Assembly: GCF_902652985.1 (NCBI RefSeq)
Contig: NC_047021.1
Span: 26,226,001 to 26,290,000 of the forward strand
Reading direction: 5' to 3'
Length of the DNA: 64,000 nt
Origin: Pecten maximus
Lineage: Eukaryota
The translations under genes were made by a program, and so were the position numbers. The notes under the pieces are model-generated. The model saw only the letters and a program-made list of their open reading frames with translations, made no database searches and had not been told where the DNA came from. Of the stretch, positions 12,299 through 25,553 are shown piece by piece (position 1 is the first letter of the stretch; every line of letters begins with the position of its first letter).

Positions 12299-12760
12299 CT
12301 CCTCTGTAGAACCAACGTTCTATTGTGTAGCTCTCTGTAGAACCAAAGTTCTATTGGGAAGCCCCCCTGTAGAACAAACGTTCTATTGTGTAGCCCCTCT
12401 GTAGCCCCAATGTTCTATTGTGTAGCCCCTCTGTAGAACCAACGTTCTATTGTGTAGCCCCTCTGTAGAACCAATGTTCTATTGTGTAGCCCCTCTGTAG
12501 AACCAACGTTCTATTGTGTAGCCCCTCTGTAGAACCAATGTTCTATTGTGTAGCCCCTCTGTAGCCCCAAAGTTCTATTGTGTAGCCCCTCTGTAGCCCC
12601 AATGTTCTATTGTGTAGCCCCTCTGTAGCCCCAAAGTTCTATTGTGTAGCCCCTCTGTAGCCCCAATGTTCTATTGTGTAGCCCCTCTGTAGAACCAATG
12701 TTCTATTGTGTAGCCCCTCTGTAGCCCCAATGTTCTATTGTGTAGCCCCCCTGTAGAACC
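12299..12760. repeat. 32-bp minisatellite (GCCCCTCTGTAGAACCAATGTTCTATTGTGTA)n, about 14 copies
   Basis: Period 32 (12425, 12457). Confidence 0.95.
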
Positions 12761-12821
12761 TCCTATGACTGTAGGCGTATACATATAACATATCCCCACT
12801 AGCGTATGGTGTATACATGCT

Positions 12822-12822
<1 letters not shown>

Positions 12823-12856
<34 letters not shown>
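12823..12856. repeat. Poly-C tract (34 nt; poly-G on the gene's sense strand)
   Basis: Read directly. Confidence 0.9.
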
Positions 12857-12857
<1 letters not shown>

Positions 12858-13320
12858 TGTATTGTTACTCTGTTATATAAAATAAACTAACAGAGAAGGT
12901 CGATATTTCTAGGAAAGCAGTATAATAATACAAACTGTTCCGAGCACCTATATACCGCAACTTTAAAATGTCAATCAACAATCAAAAATTGGTTTCTGCC
13001 AAAAGTTAGGTAGAGAAAAATATTTTCACGCGTTTTCTATCATCACGGTCACAATTCCAATGAAATAGGGTCACAGTGACCTCGGTTTTATATCAACAGT
13101 TACATGATGAGCATGCTTCTGTCCTAATCTAGAGGCATGCGGTCAAAGACGATGTGCCAGTTGATGTTCTACAGATTTTGCTGTCCGAGCTTAATTGATG
13201 TCTAACTGACCACTCGTGGAGGTGACCGTACTGCCCTAAATACGTATTTATCTGTACATATCACCCGTGCATAGAGGAATGATTGAAGAGTTCTGCCTGA
13301 ATATCTAATTATTGTTATAA

Positions 13321-13427
13321 TTACAACATAAGCAATGACATTACAAATGATAAGAATGACAATGCGCATGACAGGAAGTTGGTTGTTGCAGCGTTGGTTC
13401 CATCCCCTTCTGGTTCTGGTGTTGCTT
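13321..13427 (-). CDS. Exon 4 (last coding exon) of NtA/TIMP-like GPI-anchored protein: (E)ATPEPEGDGTNAATTNFLSCALSFLSFVMSLLML*
   Basis: Acceptor ttgttgtttcag| at 13428; phase 1 matches exon 3. Small-residue omega-like site (NAA), spacer, hydrophobic C-terminus and TAA fit a GPI signal. Confidence 0.88.
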
Positions 13428-14382
13428 CTGAAACAACAATAATTATAATATGTATTCACCGACAAAAATACTTCAGTACTCGTTGTAGATATTAGTGAAG
13501 CTCAGTAGATATTTGTATACCAGTATATATCAGTAAATACATTGTAAAAGCAAGAGCCCCGGAGGGTCTGCATTGCTCTCCTTGATATTTTAATGCTCGT
13601 GGCAAAACATGATTAGTTATAATACAAATACTTAAACATTTTAGGATTTAAATCTTATTATTTATTTAAATGTAGCGATCAACAAATCATTAAAGCATAA
13701 AAAAATTATATGTCTAGATACTATTATGAAAGACCCATTACATTCAATTTAAATACCCTTTTTAATTTTGTAGTAGATGATGAATTGAAATAACCTGTGA
13801 AATTAATTAAGCAAATAGATATAAAACCCAGCACTATCTAAAATATATTCTTTTTTGCTTAACAAATGTATACATGTATTATATCATATGTCCTGTACAT
13901 TTTTTTATGTATGTCATTCTCTACACTTTTTATGTTTATGATAATAAAATCTTGACATTGTCATTGTCAATAACCAACCTGAAACTCTATCGATGGGTAC
14001 TTGCCCCTACTCTGCTACCGCAGGGATAGATATTTATGTAATACAATGTTCACTTCCCTTCGTACCAGGATGCTGCAGACAGATTCAGTTTTCAATTTCG
14101 GACTCATATCACTATACATGTATTACTATGTTAAGCAATCCTTGTCGAAAAGTCGAAACGAATACATCAATTCTTCACCCCTCTCTAATCACGGAAAAGC
14201 AGCTTAAAATATATATCTATATCAATGTAACCTGCCAGCTAGATAGAGCGGGTCACCTCCAATTATCCCTGTCTTTAGTATGAATCTCTCAATTCTATAT
14301 ATACCTTGATTTCACGTTACATCAAGTATAGTGTCATGACCTTCCCCCTCACACACCACTTTTTCTACCCACACTAGCTTAC

Positions 14383-14544
14383 CTTGACCTCCAACAACAA
14401 CATCCACATCTCCTGGTTTTTGTGTTCCAGGTTCCGACTCGGGAGTGGCGTCCGGTTCTGGCTTCGATGTTGGAGGGGCGGGTTTCTGTGTTGTGGGGTA
14501 CCTGACACAGTTACTTGGAGGCTCTGGTTGGGGACATACTTCAG
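14383..14544 (-). CDS. Exon 3 of NtA/TIMP-like GPI-anchored protein: (A)EVCPQPEPPSNCVRYPTTQKPAPPTSKPEPDATPESEPGTQKPGDVDVVVGGQ
   Basis: Acceptor tttctttttcag|, donor CAAG|GTAAGC, 162 nt, phase 1-1. Encodes two Cys and a Pro/Thr/Glu stalk. Confidence 0.9.
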
Positions 14545-14795
14545 CTGAAAAAGAAATCCACACACTTACTACCTACGTCAGTCCATCATTTCTTATTCAA
14601 TTGTATCATGCAAATTCAAAACAACGTGGTCGATCAAGCGCTTTATTGAGATTGCTGTTTCCAGTGTGAGTGCTAACTTTACTTTTCTCTGTATTACAGA
14701 ATGTTGGCTGGTCGTTATTGCTTGCAGTTTCTTTAGCGTAAAACTGCTTCAGTGTGACCAACTTAAAGGCCGATTAATGGTGTCAGCTTACTGGA

Positions 14796-15272
14796 CTATC
14801 ATGTCACAGGCACACTCGCAAATCTCTCACAGCCAATTATACTGACAATGGAATGTCATGTCCCAGGCACACTCGCAAATCTCTCACAGCCCATTATACT
14901 GACAATGGATTATCATGTCACAGGCACACTCGCAAATCTCTCACAGCCCATTATACTGACAATGGATTATCATGTCACAGGCACACTCGCAAATCTCTCA
15001 CAGCCCATTATACTGACAATGGAATGTCATGTCCCAGACACACTCGCAAATCTCTCACGGCCCATTATACTGACAATGGAATGTCATGTCCCAGGCACAC
15101 TCGCAAATCTCTCACGGCCCATTATACTGACAATGGAATGTCATGTCCCAGGCACACTCGCAAATCTCTCACGGCCCATTATACTGACAATGGAATGTCA
15201 TGTCCGAGGCACACTCGCAAATCTCTCACAGCCCATTATACTGACAATGGAATGTCATGTCCCAGGCACACT
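14796..15272. repeat. 57-bp minisatellite, about 8 copies (degenerate copies continue to ~15530), intronic
   Basis: 19-aa periodicity in the ORF track; unit TCATGTCCCAGGCACACTCGCAAATCTCTCACAGCCCATTATACTGACAATGGAATG. Confidence 0.93.
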
Positions 15273-15891
15273 GGTATGACTTCTCTCTCAGTCGTCCAAT
15301 GTACGGATACTTGAATGCCATGTCACAGACACAATAGCATGACATCTCTCTACTGGACTATCATGTCACGTGACATCTTTTCGAGTACATTTAATGATTA
15401 TGCTGAAATGGCATGACACAGACACACTAACATGGCACCCCCCTCAATCCATTATACTGGCACTTCACTGACACGCCACAGACATTCTAGCATAACGTAT
15501 CTTCCAGTTCATTATACGGACACCAGAATGGGTCAGTTGGACTTCCACGACCATTACGTTCATTGGTTAGAATGACTTAGTGAGATTGGTACAGTGTACG
15601 ATACCGCGGCTCGGGGACACAAACCAATAGCGTTCTCTATATGGCCGAGCAAACAACACAAAGCCAAAATATCAGACAGTACTGTCAAGAAATAAAAGTA
15701 ATTCAGAAAGTGAATGATGGAGATAACAAATTAGGTCACCTTGTACGAACCAGGCAATGAGGAAACAGTACAATTCTTACGTCTAACTCTTAGAGAAGCT
15801 TGAGACCTGGACATTATTTTGCATGTGTGTATCTTTCAAAGAAATGTTGTTTTTTTCACTATAACATTTCGGGAATGTCATATATACTCAC

Positions 15892-16057
15892 CGTCGTCAG
15901 CGAAGGAGGTAAGTTGGATTCCACATACGCTGGCCACTTCGTAGATTACTTCCTCTTCGAACGCCGTGTATCGGAGTGAATAGCCTTGTTTTGACGTTCC
16001 CTCCAGGAACAGCAGGTAGGCATTCCCAGGCTCCAGGGGTGAGTTAGGGACAACTAC
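15892..16057 (-). CDS. Exon 2 of NtA/TIMP-like GPI-anchored protein: ..PNSPLEPGNAYLLFLEGTSKQGYSLRYTAFEEEVIYEVASVCGIQLTSFADD (apparent +1 frameshift near its start)
   Basis: Acceptor cccccttgtttacttcag|, donor GACG|GTGAGT (phase 1, matches exon 3). LxxGxxYLLFL motif fits the NtA/TIMP-like fold. Length is 166 nt where 165 is needed. Confidence 0.85.
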
Positions 16058-16065
16058 CTGAAGTA

Positions 16066-17088
16066 AACAAGGGGGAACATGAGAACATCAATAAGACTAA
16101 CAAGGGGGAACATGAGAACATCAATAAGACTAACAAGGGGGAACATGAGAACATCAATAAGACTAACAAGGGGGAACATGAGAACATCAATAAGACTAAC
16201 AAGGGGGAACATGAGAACATCAATAAGACTAACAAGGGGGAACATGAGAACATCAATAAGACTAACAAGGGGGAACATGAGAACATCAATAAGACTAACA
16301 AGGGGGAACATGAGAACATCAATAAGACTAACAAGAGGGAACATGAGAACATCAATAAGACTTACAAGGGGGAACATGAGAACATCAATAAGACTAACAA
16401 GGGGGAACATGAGAACATCAATAAGACTAACAAGGGGGAACATGAGAACATCAATAAGACTAACAAGGGGGAACATGAGAACATCAATAAGACTAACAAG
16501 GGGGAACATGAGAACATCAATAAGACTAACAAGGGGGAACATGAGAACATCAATAAGACTAACAAGGGGGAACATGAGAACATCAATAAGACTAACAAGG
16601 GGGAACATGAGAACATCAATAAGACTAACAAGGGGGAACATGAGAACATCAATAAGACTAACTAGGGGGAACATGAGAACATCAATAAGACTAACAAGGG
16701 GGACATGAGAACATCAATAAGACTAACACGGTGGAACATGTGAACACCAATAAGACTAACAAGGGGGAACATGAGAACACCAATAAGACTAACAAGGGGG
16801 AACATGAGAACATCAATAAGACTAACAAGGGGGAACATGAGAACATCAATAAGACTAACAAGGGGGAACATGAGAACACCAATAAGACTAACAAGGGGGA
16901 ACATGAGAACACCAATAAGACTAACAAGGGGGAACATGAGAACATCAATAAGACTAACAAGGGGGAACATGAGAACATCAATAAGACTAACAAGGGGGAA
17001 CATGAGAACATCAATAAGACTAACAAGGGGGAACATGAGAACACCAATAAGACTAACAAGGGGGAACATGAGAACACCAATAAGACTA
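16066..17088. repeat. 33-bp minisatellite (ACAAGGGGGAACATGAGAACATCAATAAGACTA)n, about 31 near-identical copies, abutting the exon 2 acceptor
   Basis: Read directly; 11-aa periodic ORFs on both strands. Confidence 0.97.
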
Positions 17089-18929
17089 AGATAGTCGGGG
17101 TATTTATCGACACTGACAACACAGTAAGATAGTGGACACCTTTGCAGACAACACGGATTATTGTACATAACCAAAAACGGCGTTTATGGTTAAGCTGAAA
17201 TGGGGAACATAGTTATTCCCAAAGATGACATGTCGCTGAAGTTCATCGGAGTTCAGATTAAATAGCGAATGAAACTAACTTATGTAGTGAACGAACATAC
17301 GTTGAAATCCTTGTTGTGATAGGGGTACCTAGAATATGGACAGAGTTGGGTTTGGATTTGTATTGTTTTATCAACAGCTTGGTCATTAAAGGGAGGACAT
17401 AATTCACGAAGAAGAATTTGAAGAATATTGATAGCCATTGGTAGAAAATGGTAACCATTTCGTAACGCACTGTACCAGTACATGTTGATACTAACAGTGG
17501 CCTAGTACACAGCGCGATGTTAGTACATTCACAAGTTATGACACTAGGATTAAATCTGTTGATCAGCGACAACGTTAATGTGTATAACTGAAAAGGCACC
17601 ACACAAGAAAACATGCTTCTCAACAGAATTTGTTACATGAGTTATACCAGATAAATATTGTTTAAAAAGCTCGAAGGCCTTATAATTGTAAACTCCTGCT
17701 TATTGAAAGGCAGCCGTGCATCCACTGTGACGTACAGTGATTCAATATCGTTAGCAGGGAAACTATCTTCAGTCGGTGGGAGTTACGACTGAAGATGATA
17801 AATTTGACTGTTTACGACTTTTAAATCACTGCATATTTTTGTTATTAATAGTTTTCATCAAAGGCAAGCAAGGTCTGTATGCAAATAAATGACGAATAAT
17901 TCTTCCAGCTCGCGTATTATGCATGCTTCACTATATTGTGAGCGACACAAATCACGTGAATATTATACGAAGACGACGACCTTGACCTTTGGGTTAATAG
18001 ATGACGTCCTGTACAGCATTTTAACTCGTGTTATACTATATCTAATATGAATCCCCACTTGACGCCATTAATATCATTGCCCTATTGAGTTACCTCGTGT
18101 CTATAACCATGGAGATATGATGGCTGAACTAGAGTCCGACCTACTCGCCCAGTTCTCCCGAGGAGTAGGATTTACATATGTATAATGGAATGGAGGCATA
18201 ATATGATGAGGTTTTCATCAGACTCCTGTATCGACATATTTATAGATAATATTAAGGCAGACATTGCTCGACCTGAGAACAAAATATATCCTCAGCCGCC
18301 CTCTAACTTATAATTAAGGATATCTTATACTCAGACACAAATAATTCCACGAGGTCAATGGTAGGAGCATTGTACAATGTACTACAGCTAAATGAGCAAA
18401 AAAAATCGCTCTCCCTGTACTGATTGCGTTCGCAAACATCGACTAGAACATCCAGGAGAAGATCAAGGAGGGAACGATCGCTGTTGTATCACGATATTTC
18501 ACTTTCATCACTGCCATGTCCATCAGCAGCTCGAGCAAGTCTCGTGCAAGACACGTTTTCTTCATTCCTATAAAGTGTTATCAATCAAAGCCGGTTTCCC
18601 CGGCTCGCAAGGGTTTCCAATGACCATTGTCACGATAGCTTTTGTTTTAAACATGCAAATAACGAAGACATCTGGAATGCATGCGATTGTTTGATGTTGA
18701 AAAGAGAAAAGTTTAGCAGATCGGTCTCGTGTCTTGCCTATTCTTCTATTATCTCAGACAGATCGTAATATGAAATGTTCCGAGTAACTGGAGACTGTGA
18801 CTGATGTCCCAGATCTCTTATTGACCTAAATAGTATTAGTGAGGACAACGAGCGGTAATTTTCTTGGTAACAGAGTTTACTGTCTAATGGAACAGTGAAA
18901 TCATACTGGACTACGAAACAACCGAAAAC

Positions 18930-19255
18930 ATAACAACTGTCCAAAACCTGTATACCTGACGAGTTTCTACATAAAACCTGCCCTTATAACAACTGTCCAC
19001 ATAAACACTGTCCATATAACAACTGTCCAAAACCTGTATACATGTACATGTACATAACGAGTTTCTACATAAAACCTGTCTATATAACAACTGTCCACAT
19101 AAACACTGTCCATATAACAACTGTCCATATAAAACTCTCACAAAACAACTGTCCACATAAAAACATGTCCACCTAACACTGTCCACATAAACACTGTGCA
19201 TTTAACAGCTGTCCATATAGAACTGTCCACATAAAAACTGTCCACATAACATCTG
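18930..19255. repeat. Degenerate ~15-16-bp tandem repeat (AACTGTCCACATAAA-like)
   Basis: Recurring ACTGTCCA(C/T)ATAA motif. Confidence 0.8.
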
Positions 19256-21692
19256 CCTATGCAGTGCCAGCTTACGTCGGCTCGATATGATTATAAAATT
19301 ATAAATTGTACCATTTCTGGTTACACTTAACTTTTTGACAATGATATGATGCTGAAAAAAAATGTTCGTTGCTATTGTTCCATTCATCTGCCCTACTAAA
19401 TCCCCCACATCCAGCGGTACTCTATGACAACGCAATTTCAAATTCAATAACATCAACAGAAGGGGCAGGATTTTAAAGTGATTTGCCTCGAATTTCTGAA
19501 TTGGGTCACAATTCTGCCCCGCTATTCACTTTGTCCTGTATTACTGTACACCAAATTCATTATCGCATATTACTTAAACTGTGCTTGCTTGATATCATCA
19601 CAACTGAAATCTAGTTCATATGACCTAAATTATGATTAAGAAGATTGCAGAACACTACAAAATATGTATTAAATAACAGAAGTGGCGGTGGGTTTTTTTC
19701 AGAGGGGGAGAGTGTAATATCGGAATTATTACCGCGGAACTAGATAATGGTTTGTTGATTGTCTTACAGTGACCCGATATAACTGGCATGTCTGTTGCCT
19801 CTCTCATCTTACCGCACATTTAACTCCGCTAATCTGTTTAGCATTTTAGAGGTATTTGAAGAGCGCGTCAATTGTCTTCTCGCCCTGTGTTGTGGAGTAG
19901 GCTTGTTAACCCGTTTGTCATCGCTACATTCCGTAACTACACCGCGTATCTCCGATTTGACATTATTTTCATTTGTAAATTTAAGGTTGTTTATTTACTT
20001 TGGAGTGCCCAGACATGCTATGTTTGAACCTGTAGAAGTGCCACACTCGTCTACTCCGCTCTTGTGATACAAGCCATGGGGAGCTGTGAAGTGTCCGACT
20101 GTCAGCTTATAGAAATCTTATCGGAACAGGCAAAATTGTATCTTCATGAAACTGACACATTAAAACAAGTATAATTAGTCCTAAAACAAAACCACGATTA
20201 TAACCGCATATAAAAAGGGGTATGTGTTGTATAAACTCACCTCCCATCGGCTGCGCGAGACAACTTTACGGTCTTCGTGTTCGGGTTTATATGGCTTTGG
20301 CCGAAAAACAGGTTTTGATCGCGAGCTTTGCGGGAATTCCCGAGGTAAAAGAACATCTAATAAATCTTGGCTGATTAGCAATTTTATTCATTTTCTCGTT
20401 CCAAGTCCATATTTTATCTCTTTTGTGATATTGTATGTCATTTGCAAAGGTAGTTAATAAAAGCGTTACTAAGGCGACGGGTAGAGTACTATTAGGGAGT
20501 ATCGTTACTATGGAGACGGCCGGGGAGGTTAGTACTATATGGGAGGAGAAAAACTCGTGATTTATTCACATTGCTAATTAATCTCATTCATTATTTCCCT
20601 TTTTTATTTATGACAGGAAATAGAAGAAATGTATCAGTGAGAGTACAGAGCTATTTCGCCGAATCCGATCCTATTAACCGGATTGAATTATCCGCCATTG
20701 TATTTTTGGCAGCAACGGACGCTTTAGCATTACAAAAGTAATGATTGGAATTAACATAATACATAGTCGTTGACTTTGTTTATTTCGTGGGATGGCAGTA
20801 GTGCATTGTTATCTGTGACCAGCATGCGACCAGCAAGCACTCATTTCGTCTAATTAATCGTATTTAAATATCTAACAAAGGCTACCAGTCCCAAAAGGGC
20901 CCAAGAAACCCCCTATAACCACCAATCAATGTCGGGAATACATGCGACAGATCTTTATATAGCATCACCGTTTGACCCAAAACCTCTCGGGGAAAGGTCA
21001 ATTTTGAAGACCTTACGTGTCTTTGAAATTTCATATGAACATATGTTAGATCTGTGGGTACTAGTCCTAGTTAAATGTGCAAAGATATATGATTACCATT
21101 GACATAACTGTGATCATCGAGGTCAAAAGTTCACCCAGAAAACTGGTTTACGTTATCTCTAAGACAAAGACTTATTATATTACACGTGGAATGTAGCGTC
21201 TGTCAACCTATCTCTCCGTAGACTCGCTCGACAGTTAGCACGCATCCATCACTACTTTCACAAACATATCGTGTTAGCATAAGGATTTTCATATGGTTTG
21301 TTTAATCCGATAGCTATCTTTTTCGGAAATGTGTTCCCGGTTTGTCAAAAGAAAAACTTGAATTTGGAGAACAACATGTCTAGAGAGTACAGCATGTATG
21401 TGTACTTGTGTATCCGTCACGAGGTAAATAATATACCCCATAGCGTGCACGTGGTGTGGTCAGGTAGAGATTTATATTTGGTGGGGTGGGTTAAGGTGGA
21501 AATGTATGTGGTAGGGTGGGGTCAGATGGAGATATGTGTGGTGGGCTGGGTTAGGAAGTAATGTTCGTGTGGCTGGGAAAGATTAGGTAGAGATGTATGC
21601 GTGGTAGGGTGGGGTTAGGTAGAGATTTATGCGTGGTAAGGTGGGTTAGATAGATATGCCTCTTGTGAGGTGGAATTTACAAAAAAAATGTA

Positions 21693-22205
21693 TGTAGAGA
21701 TGTCTGGTGGGGTGGGATTTATGTAGATATGTCTGTGACGTAGGTTGGGTTAGGTAGAGATGTCTGGTGGGGTGGGATTTATGTAGATATGTCTGTGACG
21801 TGGGTCGGGGTTAGGTAGAGATGTCTGGTGGGGTGGGATTTATGAAGAGATGTCTGTGACGTGGGTCGGGGTTAGGTAGAGATGTCTGGTGGGGTGGGAT
21901 TTATGTAGATATGTCTGTGTCGTGGGTCGGGGTTAGGTAGAGATGTCTGGTGGGGTGGGATTTATGTAGATATGTCTGTGTCGTGGGTCGGGGTTAGGTA
22001 GAGATGTCTGGTGGGGTGGGATTTATGTAGATATGTCTGTGACGTGGGTCGGGGTTAGGTAGAGATGTCTGGTGGGGTGGGATTTATGTAGATATGTCTG
22101 TGACGTGGGCCGGGGTTAGGTAGAGATGTCTGGTGGGGTGGGATTTATGTAGATATGTCTGTGACGTGGGCCGGGGTTAGGTAGAGATGTCTGGTGGGGT
22201 GGGGT
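21693..22205. repeat. 61-bp G-rich minisatellite, about 8 copies (two ~30-bp subunits; degenerate lead-in from ~21450)
   Basis: Period 61 (TTAGG at 21811, 21872). Four G3-G4 tracts per unit. Confidence 0.93.
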
Positions 22206-24825
22206 GAGGAAGTAATGTCTGCGCTGGGGGTCGACGTAGTAGATAAACAGATGTGGAGTTTGTGTCACCAGGGAGACAGATACGTTCGACGGATCAATTC
22301 GATGTAGGGCGGGGTCACGATTTTTAACGCTATAACCATTTCTCGCGCGGGATAAACACGTCCGAACGATTCAAAATAGCCAGCGCACATGTTGTTTGAA
22401 GTACAGAGGTCTAACAAGTGACGGCTGATAAGTAGCCGACCTTATCGGACCAGGTATCGGGCATTGTTGCCTTTGTGTGTTAGTGTTTTGGACACCGGAG
22501 TATTCATCAAAAGATTACCGAGAGCACGCACCAGAAGTGACAGCTGATGGGATCTCTACTTCCCTGACCCGCCTCCCCGATCTTCCTGATTCACGTGCGA
22601 CGCCTATTCAACTTGATGCCTCTTGTCACTTTCACTCTGAAGAAATGCTTCACAGGAAGCATATATCAGTCAAATGCGAAGGCCGCCAGGCGTCAGTAGT
22701 TTTGGTACCGAAGGAACATTGGGAAGAAAAACCATAATTTCGGAAAAAAATGACACAACTGGAATGTTGTCAATAAAAGTGTTTTATGGCCTGTAGGAAA
22801 ACTTGGAATACACATGTCTGTAATTTATCTCATTAACGTCAGTCCGGGGGGGAGGGCGTGACTTCAACAAAATTCGAATGTCTTTAAACACGGTTCAATA
22901 ACTAGCTCTAAAACGGTTGCCCTAAAAAGGACATGCCGATTGCCAACAACTTGCCGTTATTCCTGAATAGCAATGTTTTCCCAACTATGAGACATTCCCC
23001 AAAATTATTTAATATATGTAACATTTTCATGTTTCCAGGAAACGGCATAGTTATCCCCGGCTTTGTAACAGTTGTGGCAGGTCGTTATAGAAACCCTTCA
23101 GTTTAGCCAGGTGTCGCGGTAAAACTCAATTCTGTCTGTCAAAACATGTCAATAAGCTGACTCATACATGCTATCCAATCTGTACCTAATTTTATAACTA
23201 TGTATCTTCATAACAGTTCTATTGTGCAAAAAACATGGATGCGTGCAGCATGCTAGACTTTCCACTCATTCTCCGCTAAACATTTTATTGGCGATAATGT
23301 AAACTATCTCACTAATTCTCCGCTATGGGGTTTACTTGAGTTATCAGGTGATATTAACGTACCCACCAACCTGATTAAAACACAGATCATATACATTGTA
23401 AATAAACATATATACTTCATTCAGCACTACACACCACGTAGTCAATGTAATGTATAGCGATGATCTGTATTTTGATCAGATTGCGTTCCCATTTATCATC
23501 ATTATTAAGAAACATACCTGGTGTTTTTTATTTGTTCTGATAGGCCTAACATATTCCCTTGCTAAATTGTTCACCTTTTCCCAAGAAGCTTCCGAAGCGA
23601 CTGTTTGAACTGAGCTACATGCACACCATGTCGTTCAAACCCATAAACCCGCAACAAAATTGAGGCGTGACTAACTATCTCGCACCTGTCTGTTCTCCAG
23701 TACAGATAATAGACTTGTAAAAGCTAATTAGAGACCGATGATACTGATTTAAGATGATTGATGAGGCACAAAAAGAGAATGCAGATGTGAAAGCGACGCT
23801 CTACTTACTATCAAGTCAGAAATACACGCAGACATCCTCGACAAAATACAAGGGAAGCGACTTATTTCGGTTATAGTGAGGACACCCGCCACGTAAATCT
23901 AGGTCAAATTCAGGTAAAGTAATGTTATCAAAGTAAGAATAGGGGCAATGACTTTTATTTACATGTACAGTGGTGAAAAAGGGTGGAATCACAACTGCGA
24001 TTATGATGGCGAGTAGATTAAGTTTTGGTTTCAATATACATATACGCGTTAGTTCACAGTACCAAAAAGACTATTAAAGTCCCTGTGTGGAGGAAAATAA
24101 TAGTTGGTACTCCTGCTAACAATTATCAGAGTTATCTCCCTTCCGTAACTCTGGTTTTGCTAACAGCATATAATGTGTCCGACATACTGTGAACATCAAA
24201 ACCGAACGCACTAGCACAAATATTAACGGAGGACTTGGGAACAAACATAGTACTGATTCTTATGTTACAATCTTACGAAACAACACTTAGCTGTCCTTAG
24301 ACTGAGTACCGTGCATGGCTGAGGCAGTATAGGTGTGTACGCGTGGAGGCATGGCGTGGATGTGTTTTCCATTAAGCGGCTAATTGGTTTTGTTGGTCTA
24401 GGAGAGCGTTTCTAATCGACACACCACGCGACTGCCGTACATAGCCCACAGGTAATGCATGTGCACAAACACCGGTACATTCAAACATCCCCTGGTAAAC
24501 ATAGTGCAATTTTCAGCAGAGCCATGCACGCAAACCATTCCAACTATTCCCATGTCAATGGAGGGGGGTTCCAGTACAGAGCCCCACACCTAACTTCATT
24601 AACCCAATTCCTGCTTACAGACTGCTTGGAGTATACCGTAATGATGCTAATATACATTATAATTAGTCAGTCAATTCTAGCCTTCGCTACATCATAATAC
24701 AAACGTTATAATTCGGTGCTATATATGCGTCCATATAAGATTTCGAGGGAGACTAGATATACATTACATGAATAAAGTTTAGATTACCGATATGTGAATG
24801 ACAAACAACGTAGACGAAAACAACT

Positions 24826-25553
24826 CGTGTACGTCACAGGGACCAACATATCACGTGTACGTTACAGAGAAGAACATATCACGTGTACGTCACAGAGACC
24901 AGCATATCACGTGTACGTTACAGAGACCAACATACCACGTGTACGTTAGAGACACCAACATATCACGTGTACGTTAGAGACCAACATATCACGTGTACGT
25001 TACAGACACCAACATATCACGTGTACGTTAGAGACACCAACATATCACGTGTACGTTAGAGACACCAACATATCACGTGTACGTTAGAGACACCAACATA
25101 TCACGTGTACGTTAGAGACCAACATATCACGTGTACGTTACAGACACCAACATATCACGTGTACGTTAGAGACCAACATATCACGTGTACGTTAGAGACC
25201 AACATATCACGTGTACGTTAGACACCAACATATCACGTGTACGTTACAGACACCAACATATCACGTGTACGTTACAGACACCAACATATCACGTGTACGT
25301 TACAGACACCAACATATCACGTGTACGTTACAGACACCAACATATCACGTGTACGTTACAGAGACCAACATATCACGTGTACTTTAGAGACCAACATATC
25401 ACGTGTACGTCTCAGAGACCAACATATCACGTGTACGTCACAGAGACCAACATATCACGTGTATGTCACAGATACCAACATATCACGTGTACATTACAGA
25501 TACCAACATATCACGTGTACGTTAGAGACACCAACATACCACGTGTATGTTAC
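24826..25553. repeat. 26-28-bp minisatellite (ACGTGTACGTTACAGACACCAACATATC)n, about 27 copies, with CACGTG in nearly every unit
   Basis: Period 28 (25263, 25291) with 26-bp variants. Confidence 0.95.

Noticed and set aside
13548-13585. Possible Helentron/HINE terminus; similar hints at ~20870-21140 and ~58560-58900
   Set aside because: Only short motif resemblance from memory; boundaries and paired termini could not be established.
14848-17174. Periodic ORFs of 100-209 aa
   Set aside because: Translations of the intronic 57-bp and 33-bp minisatellites.
23816-24034. 72-aa ORF with a hydrophobic N-terminus and three Cys
   Set aside because: Starts at TTG, has no recognisable domain and no convincing splice sites.
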